Assembly: GCA_965240325.2 (NCBI GenBank)
Contig: OZ251229.1
Coordinates: forward strand, 2,418,001 to 2,482,000
Source: Rebecca billardiae RCC1528
Taxonomy: Eukaryota > Protista > Haptophyta
DNA: 64,000 nt
Direction: 5' to 3'
Part shown: in pieces, positions 1 to 11,652 of the stretch
Numbering within the stretch: position 1 is the stretch's first letter
Layout of the letters: the number at the start of each line of letters is the position of its first letter
Made by a program: the position numbers and the translations under genes
The notes under the pieces: generated by a model
Database searches by the model: none
Told to the model about the DNA's origin: nothing
The model's input: the letters and a program-made list of their open reading frames with translations, nothing else

Positions 1-1487
1 GTCAGCGCGGGGGCGCGCGTCGCGAGCGCGAGCTCGAGCGCGTGCGCGACCAGCGCCTGCAGCGTCTGCACCGCCGCGGGAGGCGCGTGCGCGCGCAGCT
101 GCTCGTACCCCGCCGGGTCCTCGAGCAGCAGCACGTCGTACAGGAAGCGCGCGGGGAGGAGGCCGCGGCCGTCGGCGCGGGAGGTGGCGGCGTGGCGCAG
201 CGCGCGCGCCGCCGCGGCGTCCGAGAGCGCGCCGAGCCCCTCGCCGCGTGCGGCGAGCGCCTGCGCCTGACCAAACTCGGCGGGCGCGGCCGAGGGGGGC
301 GCGGCCGCGAGCGCTGCCGTGTGCGCCGCGAGCACGGCGGGCGCGTGCGCCGGCTCGAGCGCACGCAGCCGGTCGAGCAGCATGGCCATGAGGCGCAGCT
401 CGCCGTGCTCGGCATCTTCGCTCGCCGCGGCCTCGGCCTCGGCCACACCGACGGTGGCCTCGGCCACCGCCGCAAGCTGCTGCGGCGGTGCGCTCGGGCG
501 CGCGCGGCCGGCCTGCTCGGCCGTGCGCGGCGCGTGCGTCGACGCTCGCGCCGCCGCCTCTGCCGGCGGCGGTGGCGCCAGCGCCACAGCGGGCTCGGAG
601 GCGGCGAGCGCCGGTGCGTGGCGCGGCGGCAGTGCTGGCTCGGCCGCGTCGGCGCGCAGCGCCACCGCGCAGCCGGGCGCGTCCCCGTGGCGGAGCGAGG
701 CGCCGAGAGCGCCCGCAGCGGCGGCCGCGATCGCCTGCGCGGCCGAGCGCAGAGCGTCTGCGCACAGCGCCTGCGCCGCGCCGTCGGCGCGGGCCGAGGG
801 GGCGCACGCGAGGCGCGGCGCTGGCGCGGAGCGCTCCGGCGCGCCGCCCTCTGCCCCCGCCTCGTCCAGCGTGAGCGCCCGGACCGCCGCGTCCATCCGG
901 AGAGCGCCCAGCCCGAGCTGCAGCTGCCGGCTCAGCACGGCCGCAGAGTGCTCCGCCCACGCGGCGGTGGCGCCGTCGAGGGAGGCGGCGTGCGCCTCGC
1001 TCGTCGCGGCGTCCTGCGCGCGCAGCGCCTCGCGCACCCGCTCGCGCGTCAGCTCGTCCGCCTCCGCCAGCTTGCGCTCCTCCGCCACGCGGCGCTGCGC
1101 CTCGGAGCGCGAGGCGGCCGCGCGCATCTCCGCCTCAAACGACTCGGCGGAGCGCGCACGCCTCGCCGCGAGGAAGCGTGCTCGGTGGCGGGCGAGCTCG
1201 GCGTACCACTGCTCGGTGGCATCCTCCACGCGCTCCACGTACGCCGCGCGCGCGCGCTCGAGCTCTGCCGCGGCCGGCTCCTGGCCGCGCGGTGGCGGCG
1301 CGGCGCGCGGCGTGCGCAGCAGAGCGTTCCGCTCCTTCTTCTCCGGAAGCTCGTTGCCCAGCACGGCAAGCGCGGCGCGAAGCCGCTGCACGCGCACCTG
1401 ACCGACGCGCCCCTCGCGCTCGGCACGCGCGAGCGCTGCCTCCTCCGCCACCCGCACCTGCTGCTGCACGTGCGCCAAGGCCGCCAT
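1..1487 (-). CDS. Ala/Glu/Arg-rich coiled-coil protein, 3'-truncated by the window edge
   Basis: ATG at 1487 (-) begins MAALAHVQQQVRVAEEAALARAEREG..., and the frame appears to stay open to position 1 (...RFLYDVLLLEDPAGYEQLRAH...). It is absent from the ORF track, consistent with no stop inside the window. Helical composition; no domain recognised. Confidence 0.5.
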   Translation of the reverse strand, partial: MAALAHVQQQVRVAEEAALARAEREGRVGQVRVQRLRAALAVLGNELPEKKERNALLRTPRAAPPPRGQEPAAAELERARAAYVERVEDATEQWYAELARHRARFLAARRARSAESFEAEMRAAASRSEAQRRVAEERKLAEADELTRERVREALRAQDAATSEAHAASLDGATAAWAEHSAAVLSRQLQLGLGALRMDAAVRALTLDEAGAEGGAPERSAPAPRLACAPSARADGAAQALCADALRSAAQAIAAAAAGALGASLRHGDAPGCAVALRADAAEPALPPRHAPALAASEPAVALAPPPPAEAAARASTHAPRTAEQAGRARPSAPPQQLAAVAEATVGVAEAEAAASEDAEHGELRLMAMLLDRLRALEPAHAPAVLAAHTAALAAAPPSAAPAEFGQAQALAARGEGLGALSDAAAARALRHAATSRADGRGLLPARFLYDVLLLEDPAGYEQLRAHAPPAAVQTLQALVAHALELALATRAPAL

Positions 1488-1601
1488 CCCTGCCACTTGA
1501 AATGTGCGCCGCCGCAAGCTGGCCAGGGCGGGGCGGGCCAACGGGTGCGCAGCGACCGGACGCACGGCAAAGGATCTCCTGCAAAGTGCCGCGGAATAAG
1601 C

Positions 1602-2957
1602 ATGGCGGAGGAGCACGGCCATTGGGCGCCACCATGTCGGTACTGCGGCTCGATCGAGCCACCGGCTCGGCGCGTGTGCGAGTGCCCCCACATGGCGCAC
1701 GTGGAGTGTGTCATGCGCCGTCGCGCGTTCGCGCTCGAGGAGTTCCTCCTCCACGGTCACCGGAAAGGGCGGGATTGCTTCGAGCGGTGCGAGATGTGCT
1801 TTGAGCGGTACACGCTGCCGCCAGGGGCGCACATGAGCTGGGGCCCGCGCAGGCTGCCGTACGCATGGGCGATGGTCAGTCTTGCGTGGCTCGTCGACGC
1901 GCTTGTGCTGCTGCTCACTCTCGAGTGTGTTGGCGTGGCAGTGCTGTACGGCACGCGTGCCGCGCTCGCCCTCGCCGTGTTTGAGTGGGCGGACCGCGAC
2001 GGCTCGGGCGAGCTGAGCGTCGCCGAGGCGGTGGGCCTGGCCAACGCCACAGGCGATGTCGCAGGCGCCGAGGCGCTTCCGCGGGTCATCGCCGTGATCC
2101 CGCCCGTGGGCAAGCCGCACATCTCGCGCTGGGGCCTGTTTGTCACTTACTGCGATTGGATCCCCACCACACTCGCGCAGGACGCGCTAGCACTCGGCGT
2201 GCTCGCGCCCGCGCGGGGCGAGCGTGCCGCTTCGCTGGGGCTGTGCGCCGAGCAGCTGGTTGTGACGAGCATGCCGGCGTGCTGCGCGCGGCTGATCGCA
2301 GCCGGCGTCGCGGCCATGCTCGCGCTGAACGCGCTGTGCGCGCGCGCGTACGTGAGGCGAGTGCGCCACGCGTGCGCGCGCGTGCTGTGCTCGGGGCTGT
2401 GCAATCTGCACGCTGCGCGCCTCGGCCTCGTCGTCCCGTCGCGCAACTTCTGGGCCGCCGTCTTCGCGGAAAGCACGCCGGTGCCGAGGCCGAATGCGGC
2501 CCTCTTCGCCATCATGGCGAGTGCGCACGCGCAGTGGGCGATCGCTGGCGGCGCATGGCTCGTGAGTGGCGTGCTGCTGCAACCGCGACTGCTGCTCGCG
2601 AGGGCAGCGCCGGTGGGGATGGCACAGCTGCTCAACCCACTGCTGGCGCGCGTGCACGGTGGCTGCGCGCTCGACTCCAAAACGGCCACTGCTCGCACGG
2701 CCACAGCCCAGTCCTCGCCTTTCTCACTGGGACCAGTCAGCACGTGTGCGGTGGCGGGCCTGGTCGACCTCCTGCTGATCCCTGTGGCCCGATCGATCTC
2801 GTCGGGGCGTCGCCGCGCAGCGCGAGGTAGTGCCCATCACTACGACGCCGACGCCCTGGCACCGCCCGCCTGTCCAATCTTACGACGTGGCGTCATGCGC
2901 GGCGACCGACTGGCTCGCGCCGGCGTGACGGCGGAGTACGACCATGGCGCGAATTAG
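1602..2957 (+). CDS. RING-CH (MARCH/RINGv-type) membrane E3 ligase-like protein with an EF-hand
   Basis: ATG 1602 is in frame with ORF 42..2957. C4HC3 pattern CRYC...CEC..AHVEC...CEMC, then hydrophobic TM-like segments and a canonical EF-hand loop DRDGSGELSVAE. Confidence 0.7.
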   Translation: MAEEHGHWAPPCRYCGSIEPPARRVCECPHMAHVECVMRRRAFALEEFLLHGHRKGRDCFERCEMCFERYTLPPGAHMSWGPRRLPYAWAMVSLAWLVDALVLLLTLECVGVAVLYGTRAALALAVFEWADRDGSGELSVAEAVGLANATGDVAGAEALPRVIAVIPPVGKPHISRWGLFVTYCDWIPTTLAQDALALGVLAPARGERAASLGLCAEQLVVTSMPACCARLIAAGVAAMLALNALCARAYVRRVRHACARVLCSGLCNLHAARLGLVVPSRNFWAAVFAESTPVPRPNAALFAIMASAHAQWAIAGGAWLVSGVLLQPRLLLARAAPVGMAQLLNPLLARVHGGCALDSKTATARTATAQSSPFSLGPVSTCAVAGLVDLLLIPVARSISSGRRRAARGSAHHYDADALAPPACPILRRGVMRGDRLARAGVTAEYDHGAN

Positions 2958-3189
2958 CCGCTAAGCGCATCGTCACGTGGCGGTGGAGGCGGGCTGCTCT
3001 TCTTCCGACGAGTTATTCCGGACGCTCAGTCGTCGTATAGTAGCTGCTCAACGGTCGTATTCTAATAGCGTAGTACGTTCACGTAGCAGCCAGCTCCGTC
3101 TTGACCGTAGACGCGACCGGACTCGACGACCTGCATCAGTGCATGCGGCTGGCACCGCATCTGGCGTCGCATCAGATATATATATATAT

Positions 3190-5263
3190 GTCTAGCCACT
3201 CCGCCATGCCCGGCTCGTACAAGGCGTCGGGTACGAATGGACTCTGGAGCTGGATGGTCGCGGCGCGCGGCGTCGTGGAACTTCGCTCTCGGGGGCGCCA
3301 TGGGGCTGCTCACGACGAAGGCGCCGAGCTGGGCAAGGGAATCGCCTGCATCGAGCACTGCCGGGTGCACTCTCCGCTGCAGGAGGTGCACCGCAGTCGC
3401 GCAGCCCCTCTGCTCGGTAAGGTCGCTGGCTGTCTGTGTGGCCCGGCTCCCCGCCTGATCGTTCGGCGGCGCGACGACATCATCTACTGTCTTCGCCGCG
3501 TCGCCCCTCATGCAATATGGTCTCCTGCTCTCGCCGCTGTCGCGTCAACCCGCACGCTTCATCGTTTGAGATACGCGCTCGCCTCGCGCCCGTGCGTCGC
3601 GCGGGTGCGGCGCACTCTGACGCGTGTCTGCTCGCCGCGCGTCGCGATCGATCGTGCGCGCGCGGCCGCGCAGTCCTCGTCTCTTCTATTTCTAAACGGG
3701 ATTCATCAACGACTACTTGGACGCCCGCTCCAACTTATAAACGGGACTCGCGGGCGCCCTCTCGACCTCGGGCAGCAGCTCAACCGCCACGCCGCTGCCA
3801 GCGCCCGCTGTCGTTCGTTGCTCAAATCCCAACATAGCTAACCTGATCGTTCCATGATTGATCATTGTGGTCTGTCTATCTACTCCACGACGCCGCGCGC
3901 CGCGACCATCCAGCTCCAGAGTCCATTCGTACCCGACGCCTTGTACGAGCCGGGCATGGCGGAGTGGCTAGACGTGGCGTTATAGGGAACCTATAACTGA
4001 GTGTCTATGAGCGACGCCAAGAATCCGGCTCGCACGGCATTCCTGCGTTGTCCTGTGCGCACCGCCGCGCGCAGGAGTCCTGGTGCGCTGCCAATCTGGC
4101 CCACAGCGGCGCACCCGCAGGACTCGGTTGGTTACCGCTCACATCGGATCGATCAGGCTTCGCTCTCGGGGGCGCCATGGGGCTGCTCACGACGAAGGCG
4201 CCGAGCTGGGCAAGGGAATCGCCTGCATCGAGCACTGCCGGGTGCACTCTCCGCTGCAGGAGGTGCACCGCAGTCGCGCAGCCCCTCTGCTCGGTAAGGT
4301 CGCTGGCTGTCTGTGTGGCCCGGCTCCCCGCCTGATCGTTCGGCGGCGCGACGACATCATCTACTGTCTTCGCCGCGTCGCCCCTCATGCAATATGGTCT
4401 CCTGCTCTCGCCGCTGTCGCGTCAACCCGCACGCTTCATCGTTTGCCCGCCCGCCCACCCTCGGCCTCTGGCGGATATGGAAGCGCACTGCAGTGTCAGC
4501 GAGCCATCAGCCTTAATCGACCTTGCTCAGTGACTGACGACTCGCGGGCGCCCTCTCGACCTCGGGCAGCAGCTCAACCGCCACGCCGCTGCCAGCGCCC
4601 GCTGTCGTTCGTTGCTCAAATCCCACGAACGACAGCGGGCGCTGGCAGCGGCGTGGCGGTTGAGCTGCTGCCCGAGGTCGAGAGGGCGCCCGCGAGTCGT
4701 CAGTCACTGAGCAAGGTCGATTAAGGCTGATGGCTCGCTGACACTGCAGTGCGCTTCCATATCCGCCAGAGGCCGAGGGTGGGCGGGCGGGCAAACGATG
4801 AAGCGTGCGGGTTGACGCGACAGCGGCGAGAGCAGGAGACCATATTGCATGAGGGGCGACGCGGCGAAGACAGTAGATGATGTCGTCGCGCCGCCGAACG
4901 ATCAGGCGGGGAGCCGGGCCACACAGACAGCCAGCGACCTTACCGAGCAGAGGGGCTGCGCGACTGCGGTGCACCTCCTGCAGCGGAGAGTGCACCCGGC
5001 AGTGCTCGATGCAGGCGATTCCCTTGCCCAGCTCGGCGCCTTCGTCGTGAGCAGCCCCATGGCGCCCCCGAGAGCGAAGCCTGATCGATCCGATGTGAGC
5101 GGTAACCAACCGAGTCCTGCGGGTGCGCCGCTGTGGGCCAGATTGGCAGCGCACCAGGACTCCTGCGCGCGGCGGTGCGCACAGGACAACGCAGGAATGC
5201 CGTGCGAGCCGGATTCTTGGCGTCGCTCATAGACACTCAGTTATAGGTTCCCTATAACGCCAC
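3190..5263. mobile_element. Rearranged copy of the (TA)n-targeting split-direct-repeat element (family A), with an internal inversion and fold-back
   Basis: Flanked by (TA)n at 3176-3189 and 5264-5272. Starts GTCTAGCCAC and ends CCTATAACGCCAC, like 59767-61425. 3190-3279 is the inverted repeat of 3884-3973, and 3974-4612 is the reverse complement of 4625-5263. Confidence 0.85.
3974..5263. repeat. Long palindrome: 639-bp arms with a 12-nt spacer (4613-4624)
   Basis: Mirror ORFs have identical translations (4001..4297+ and 4940..5236-; 4005..4388- and 4849..5232+). Mirror coordinates sum to 9237. Confidence 0.95.
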
Positions 5264-5568
5264 ATATATATAGCAGGATGACTGGCGCCTATCGAGTGAC
5301 TCCCAAGCAGTCCGAGCTGTCAGGTCAGCCTCGGGCTTAATGAGCTCATGAGGACAAGACTCATGAGCTCGGGGTAGCTAGTCGTAGCCAGCTACTTACT
5401 CGCCGTAGCCAGGCGTAGGGCGCGTAGCCTCGGGCTTGCGGGCGCAGGCCTCGCGACCGAGTCGCCGATCTCGGATCCGACGGCCCGAGTCGGAGACGCG
5501 ATAACGCCTTGCACGGGATCGATGATCACTGCGTCTGCTGGTCTGGTGCGTGTGTCGCTCCTCGCTCA

Positions 5569-8500
5569 TCACGAGACTTCTTGGCAGTAGCAGAACTCGT
5601 CGCCACCCGGCACGCCACCGAAGAGCAGCTCACGCTTGTGCGCGGCACCGGCATGCGCTGATGCTCGGCGTTTGCGCCGGATGTAGGAGGAGACGCAGAC
5701 GCAGTCGAGGGGCCCCCTGCACGCGATGACGCACGGCGGGCCAGGGGCAGGTTGCGCGCCGAGAAATGAGCCGCGTGCCATCGGGCGAGCAAGGTGGAGG
5801 GAGGGGGCGCGGTGCGCTGCGCGTGTCGGCCTCGCTGGCGGGCGCAGTCCCGTGCGCAGTCGCGCACCTGGACTCTGTGCCGCACGGGTCGCACACGCCG
5901 TACACGCTGGGATCAGTCTGATCGCAGATGCCGCCATCCTCGATGATCACGTACTCAGTCGGCCGCACGCACGGCGGCGGCGGCGGCGGCGGCGGCGATG
6001 GCGGCGACGGCGGCGGTGGCGGCGGCGGAGGCGAAGGTGGCGGCGTGACTGCTCGCGTGCACGCGCACGTGTACGCGGGAGGGAGGGCTCGTGGCGTGAG
6101 CGCGTCGCGATGGCTCGCGGCGCTGCGCGGCGGAGGCGCCGCGGGCGCAGGGCGCATCGGTCGCGCGCGTGTCGCACCGAGGCAGTCCCCAAAGTGCACG
6201 TCGTCGATCGCGATGTCGCCCGAGAAGTCGCTCCCCACCACGCCCTCGATGCGCACCGCCTGCATGCCGGTGAGGCCAAAGTCGCTGAGGCAGATGTGCG
6301 TCCACACCCACCGGTCGCCCTCGTCCTCGCTCGCCGAGAAGAGGAGCCCGTCCTCGGACGCGTTGTGCGAGGTGTTGGCGTACACGTTGAGCGTGCCCAC
6401 GTGCAGCCCCGTCATGTGCCGCCAGAACGTCATGCCCGGCGTGGCGCTCGCGTTCACCGCGGGCGAGTCCAGGCACGCCCTGTCGCCCTGCGCGCGTGTC
6501 CACGTGCTCTCGATGAAGATGTAGTAGCCCTCGGAGGGCGAGGGCACGTGCACGACCGGGTCGGTCCAGTTGGTCGAGTGGTCGACCGACGGGCCCGTGA
6601 ACGCCGACGGCGTCTCGCCCTGGTTCATCGTCCAGCGGAACTCGCAGCCGCCGTGCGTCCAGTCGCACAGCTCCACCGGGTGCTCGTCCTCAAACGCGCA
6701 CCACGCGGTCGGCGGCGAGCTCGGCGGCGGCGAGGGTGGCGGGCTCGGCGGGGGCGGGCTCGGTGGAGGCGCCGGCGGCGGCGAGGGCGGCGGCGAGGGC
6801 GGTGAGGGCGGCGGCGAGGGCGGCGGCGGCGAGGGCGGTGGCGAGGGCGGCGGCGAGGGCGGCGGCGTGGGCGGCGGTGGCGGCGGCGAGCTCGGCGGCG
6901 GTGGACTTGGTGGCGGCGACGGAGGGGACGAGGGCGGCGGCGAGGGCGGCGGCGATGGTGGCGGCGGGCTGGGCGGTGGGCTGGGCGGCGGCGTGGGCGG
7001 CGGGCTGGGGGGCGGCGAGGGCGGCGGCGGCGAGGGCGGCGGCGAGGGCGGCGGCGAGGGCGGCGGCGATGGTGGCGGCGCTGGCGGTGGCGAAGGCGGC
7101 GGCGACGGTGGCGGGCTGGGCGGCGGCGCGGGCGGCGGGCTGGGCGGCGGCGAGGGCGGCGGCGAGGGCGGCGGCGAAGGCGGCGGCGAGGGCGGCGGGC
7201 TGGGCGGCGGGCTGGGCGGGCTCGGTGGCGGGCTCGGAGGAGGCTGGGGCGGCGGCGAGGGCGGCGGCGAGGGCGGGCTGGGCGGCGGGTGTGGCTCCGG
7301 TGGCGGCGGGCTGGGCGGCGGCTGGGGCGGTGGCGACGGAGGAGGAATCGGCGGCGGGGGGCTTGGTGGCGATGGGGGTGGCGACGGCGGCGGCTCTGGC
7401 GGTGGCGATGGCGGCGGCGATGGTGGCGGGCTCGGCGGCGGTGGGCTTGGCGGCGGCGCGGGTGGCGGGCTCGGTGGCGGGAGTGGCGGCGGCGGGCTCG
7501 GCGGCGGGAGTGGCGGCGGCGGGCTCGGCGGCGGGCTCGGCGGCGGGCTCGGCGGGGGGAGCGGCGGCGGCGACGGCGGCGGCGACGGCGGCGGCGGCGA
7601 CGGCGGCGGCGATGGCGGCGGTGGCGATGGCGGTGGCTCCGGTGGCGGGTTTGGCGGTGGGCTCGGCGGCTTGGGCGTTGGCGGTGGCGGCGACGGCGGC
7701 GGGGATGGCGGCGGCGTCGGCGGCGGCGGGCTTGGCGGCGGGCTTGGCGGCTGCGGAGGTGGCGGCGGGGATGGTGGCGGGCTCGGCGGCGGCGGGCTCG
7801 GCGGCGGCGTCGGCGGCGGGCGCGGCGCGTGGTAGAAGAGCAGATCCTGCGCCGGGCTCCCGCCGTTGTACAGCTCGGCGACCGAGCCCTCGCCGCTGGT
7901 GGAGCAGCAGTCGAGCACGCCGTAGAAGAAGCCAATGTCGTCCAGGTACCCGTTGAAGCCCTCCGACGAGTAGAACCTGCCGGTGCCCATCAGCAGCACG
8001 CCGTCCGTGCCGGTGATGAGCGAGTCGATGTCGAGCGTCTGGTCCTCCACGCCGTTCAGGTACAGCTTCATGCGGTACCCGTTGTACGTGACGGCGACGT
8101 GGTACCACGTGTCGAGCACGTACGTGCTCGTGCTCGTGAGCGTGAACCCCTTGAGCTGCACCTCGACCAGCCCGCCCGACGCCAGCCCGATCTCGAAGAT
8201 CGACTTGTCCGGGATGCCGACGAACGTCGTCGCGCCGTACGACACGAGGCCCTTCGCCTCGAGCGTGCCGGTCTGCTGGAACCACAGGCTCACCGAGCGC
8301 GGCGTGTCGCCGACGATGTCGAGCGGCACGCTCGCCTCGAGGTGCTGGTCGGCCGTGTCGAAGAGGCAGATCGCCTGGTCGAGCGCGGTCAGCGTGTTGG
8401 CGATGTACGTCACCTGGCTCCCGACGAGCGTGCCGTTGTACAGCGTGGCGCTGTTGTTGCTCCACTGGTCGTCGGTGTTGCCGTTCATGTTGTACGCGTG

Positions 8501-9537
8501 CTTGACCTCGGCGGGCGGCGGCGGCGGCGGCGAGGGCGGCGGCGAGCTCGGCGGCGGGCTCGGCGGCGGGCTCGGCGGCGGGCTCGGCGGCGGGCTCGGC
8601 GGCGGGCTCGGCGGCGAGCTCGGCGGCGGCGGGCTCGGCGGCGGGCTCGGCGGCGGGCTCGGCGGCGGGCTCGGCGGCGGGCTCGGCGGCGGGCTCGGCG
8701 GCGGCGGGCTCGGTGGCGGGCTCGGCGGCGGCATCGGCGGCGGAGGCGAGAGCGAGCCGCCGGCCAGGTTGATGTCGGACGCCTGGTTGGTGACGATCGT
8801 GCTCACCTGCGCGCCGCTGAGCATGTTGGTGTACAGGCCCAGGTCGTCCACGTCGCCCGCGTAGCTGTTGTAGAAGGACGTGATCGAGTTGCAGACGCGC
8901 AGCGCCGACGAGGCCGTGTTGAGGGCGCCGCCCGAGATCGCCACCGGGTTGGACGCGTACGCCGTGCCGTCCAGGTACATGTACACGCTCGTCGCGCCGT
9001 CGTACGCGAACGCGGCGTGGTGCCACGTGCTCGTCGAGATCCCCGGGCCGCAGTCGATGTTGGTCGAGCCGCTGAAGAGGCAGATCTTGGCGCCGCCCGA
9101 GAGGGACACGAGCACGTCGAACACCTGGTCCTCCGAGTTGGCCGAGTCGCCGTACGAGACGATCGAGTTGGTGCCCGAGCCGGTGTACTTGAACCAGAGC
9201 ACGACCGTGCGCAGCCCCGCGCCGGTCAGCCCCGCGTCCACGGCGCCCGACGACTGCAGGTAGCCCGACGACGCGCACGTGAGCGCGGTGCCGACCTGGC
9301 CGCCGCCCTGCGTGCCGAGCGCGGCGGAGCCCGTCGCGGCGAGCGTGAGGCTGCCGACGGCGTCCTCCGTGGCGCTCGTGTCGAACTTGAAGTGGTTGAT
9401 GAGCGTGGCCGGGTCGGGCGGCGGCGGCGAGGGCGGCGGCGGGCTGGGCGGCGGGCTGGGCGGCGGGCTGGGCGGCGGGCTGGGCGGCGGGCTGGGCGGC
9501 GAGGCGGGCGGCGGGCTGGGCGGCGGGCTGGGCGGCG

Positions 9538-9569
<32 letters not shown>

Positions 9570-10999
9570 ATCGGCGGCGGCGGCGAGAGGAGCTCGCCCG
9601 CCAGCGACGTGTCGGCGGTGCTGCCGTCCGTGTGGATGGTCGAGACCTGCGTCGGCGTGAGCACGCCCGTGTACAGGCCCAGGTCGTCGATCCGGCCGGC
9701 GAAGGTCGTGGTGAAGCCGACGCCGTTGGTCGAGGAGGCCAGGCGCATCGTCGTCGACGCCGAACCGGCGCCCGTCGTGAGCGTCTTCGCCGCCAGCGTC
9801 TTGGATAGCGAGCCGTCGATGTAGATCTTGTACGCGCCGTCGTCGTACGTGACCGCCACGTGGTACCACGTGTCGGTTGTCGTCACGGCGCCGTTGGCCA
9901 CGAGCCGGTTGTTCGTGCCGCCGGTGAAGACGGCGACGCTGCCCGAGGACAGGCCGATGTCGAAGGCGTTGAGCGTGCCCGACGCGCCGTACGACAGGAT
10001 CGCCGGGGTGGTGCCCGCGGTCGAGCGCTCGGCGGCCGTCTGGCGGAACCAGAAGGCGAAGGAGCGCGTCGCCGCGGCCGAGATGTTCGTCGCCGCGGCC
10101 TCGCCGCCGATGGCGTCCACGGTGTAGACGGTGGAGCCATCGAGCAGGAGCGCCTTGCCCACCTCGCCGTCGTCGTAGCTCGTCGTGCCCGACGACAGCG
10201 TGAGCCCCGTCACGTCGTTGTTGAACGTGAAGTGCGCGAACAGCGAGGCGGCGTACGGCACGCCGCTCGCCGAGATGGCCGCGACGCCGTCGTTGTAGAT
10301 GCTCGTCACGTCCGCCGAGCTGAGCTCGGCGGAGTGGATGGCGAGGTCGTCGATCGCGCCGTTGAACGCCGTCGTCGTGCCCGTGCCCGTGCACACCTTC
10401 ATCACCGTCGACACCGTCGTGAGCGTCGTGGAGGCAGGCGTGGCCGACTCGTCGACGCCGTTGAGGTAGAGCGCCTGCGACGTGCCAGACGAGGTGAGGA
10501 CCACGTGGTACCACGTGCTCGCGTCGGCGCTGAGCTGCGTGCTGCTCGTCATGAAGCCGATCGTCGAGTACTGCACCTGCAGCTCGCGCGAGCTGCTCAG
10601 CTGCAGCTCGAGCAGGTCCTCGTCGAACGTCGCCTCGGTGCCGACCGAGACGATGCCCATCGCGTTGGCGCTGGTGCCGTCCACGCGCACCCACAGCGAG
10701 ATCGACGCGGCGTTGGCGCCCGAGATGGCGCTGATCGCCGCGTCGGACACGAGCGTGTTGGCGCCGTTGCAGTCGAAGGCAGAGACGATCTGCCCCTCGA
10801 CGTACGTCGCTGAGCCGGCGGAGACGGTGAGCGTCGTCGAGTCGCCGCTCACCTCGGACGTGCGCGCGTTGTCAAAGCGGAAGTGGTGCGCGAGGTTGGC
10901 CGTCACCGCGGCCGACGCGGGCCGGCCCAGCGCGAGCGCCAGCAGCGCCAGGCCGACGCCGCGAGCGTGCAGCGCGAAGCGCGAACGGGCAGCAGCCAT
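5569..10999 (-). CDS. Secreted/surface glycoprotein: signal peptide, 4 LamG/pentraxin-like domains, SPPP extensin-like linkers, MAM domain, Cys-rich tail
   Basis: ATG 10999 (MAAARSRFALHARGVGLALLALALGRPASA). Four repeats with WYHVAVTY..G...LY.DG...G.IDDL motifs and (SPPP)n tracts. MAM motifs CxFE..CDW..TGPSVDHS..GYYIFIES..GDIAIDDV. Predicted GT-AG introns 6049-6177 and 5717-5867 join in frame to a last exon ending FCYCQEVS* at 5569. Confidence 0.85.
6715..7825 (-). repeat. Coding low-complexity (Ser-Pro3-5)n tract; shorter tracts at about 8515-8745 and 9415-9585
   Basis: GGCGGCGGGCTC-type tandem units encode SPPP on the - strand. Confidence 0.9.
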
Positions 11000-11652
11000 G
11001 GGCCCAGCCGAGGTGCAGCGGTGGCTTCGAGGGCCGCGCGAGCAAATGGCGCTCGCCGCCGCCGCTGCTGCTGCTGCTGCTGCTGCTGCGCGCCCGCGTA
11101 CACGAGCTGACCTGCGCGGCGCGGCCGCGGCGCGCGCGGGTCGGAACGCGTCGGGAGGGACGTGGACGCATGGGTCAGCCGCCACGCGCTGGGCGCTCCG
11201 CCGTGGGACCGCGGCGCACGGTGCTGCGCAGCCAGTGCCGCAGCGCGCCGTGTCACACCGCGCGCGCCGGCTGCGGTCCCGCCCATCGCCGAGGCTGGGG
11301 CCTGGCCCACGGCCTGCGGGCGCGCCGCGCGCTGCCGCGGGCGCGGCTGGCACCACCACATGGCGCGCGCTGCGCCCGTGCACCCCGGGCCGGCCTGCCG
11401 CGAGGGCGCACGCAACGGGTCACACACCTGCCCCCGCGGTTGCAGGTCAGTTACGCTCTCGCCAGTGGTTGGCGCACGCACGGTGGCGGCGGCACGGCTC
11501 ACGGTTTGGAGGAGCCGTTTTCGTGCCGATGAGGGCCGATAAACTCGACGCCGTCGTAAAATCGAAATGGAAATTCGGGGCGGAGCTTTTGCGCCATTTT
11601 CGCGTCGCGATTTCATTTTCTGCGGCAAAATTAACGCCTGGAGGCGCGCACG

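Noticed and set aside
42-1601. 5' extension of the RING-CH gene as in ORF 42..2957
   Set aside because: This part is the in-register antisense of the coiled-coil gene on the - strand. Protein-like sequence begins at ATG 1602.
3190-3973. Independent MITE with 90-bp TIRs
   Set aside because: The right end joins directly to the next unit through the standard B|A junction without a TSD. It is better explained as an inversion within family A.
3062-5236. Short ORFs inside family A as transposase or recombinase genes
   Set aside because: No convincing RT, YR, HUH or DDE motifs, and indels between the two loci shift the frames.
6715-9585. CRISPR array or satellite
   Set aside because: These are coding SPPP repeats with no unique spacers, in a eukaryotic context with no cas genes.
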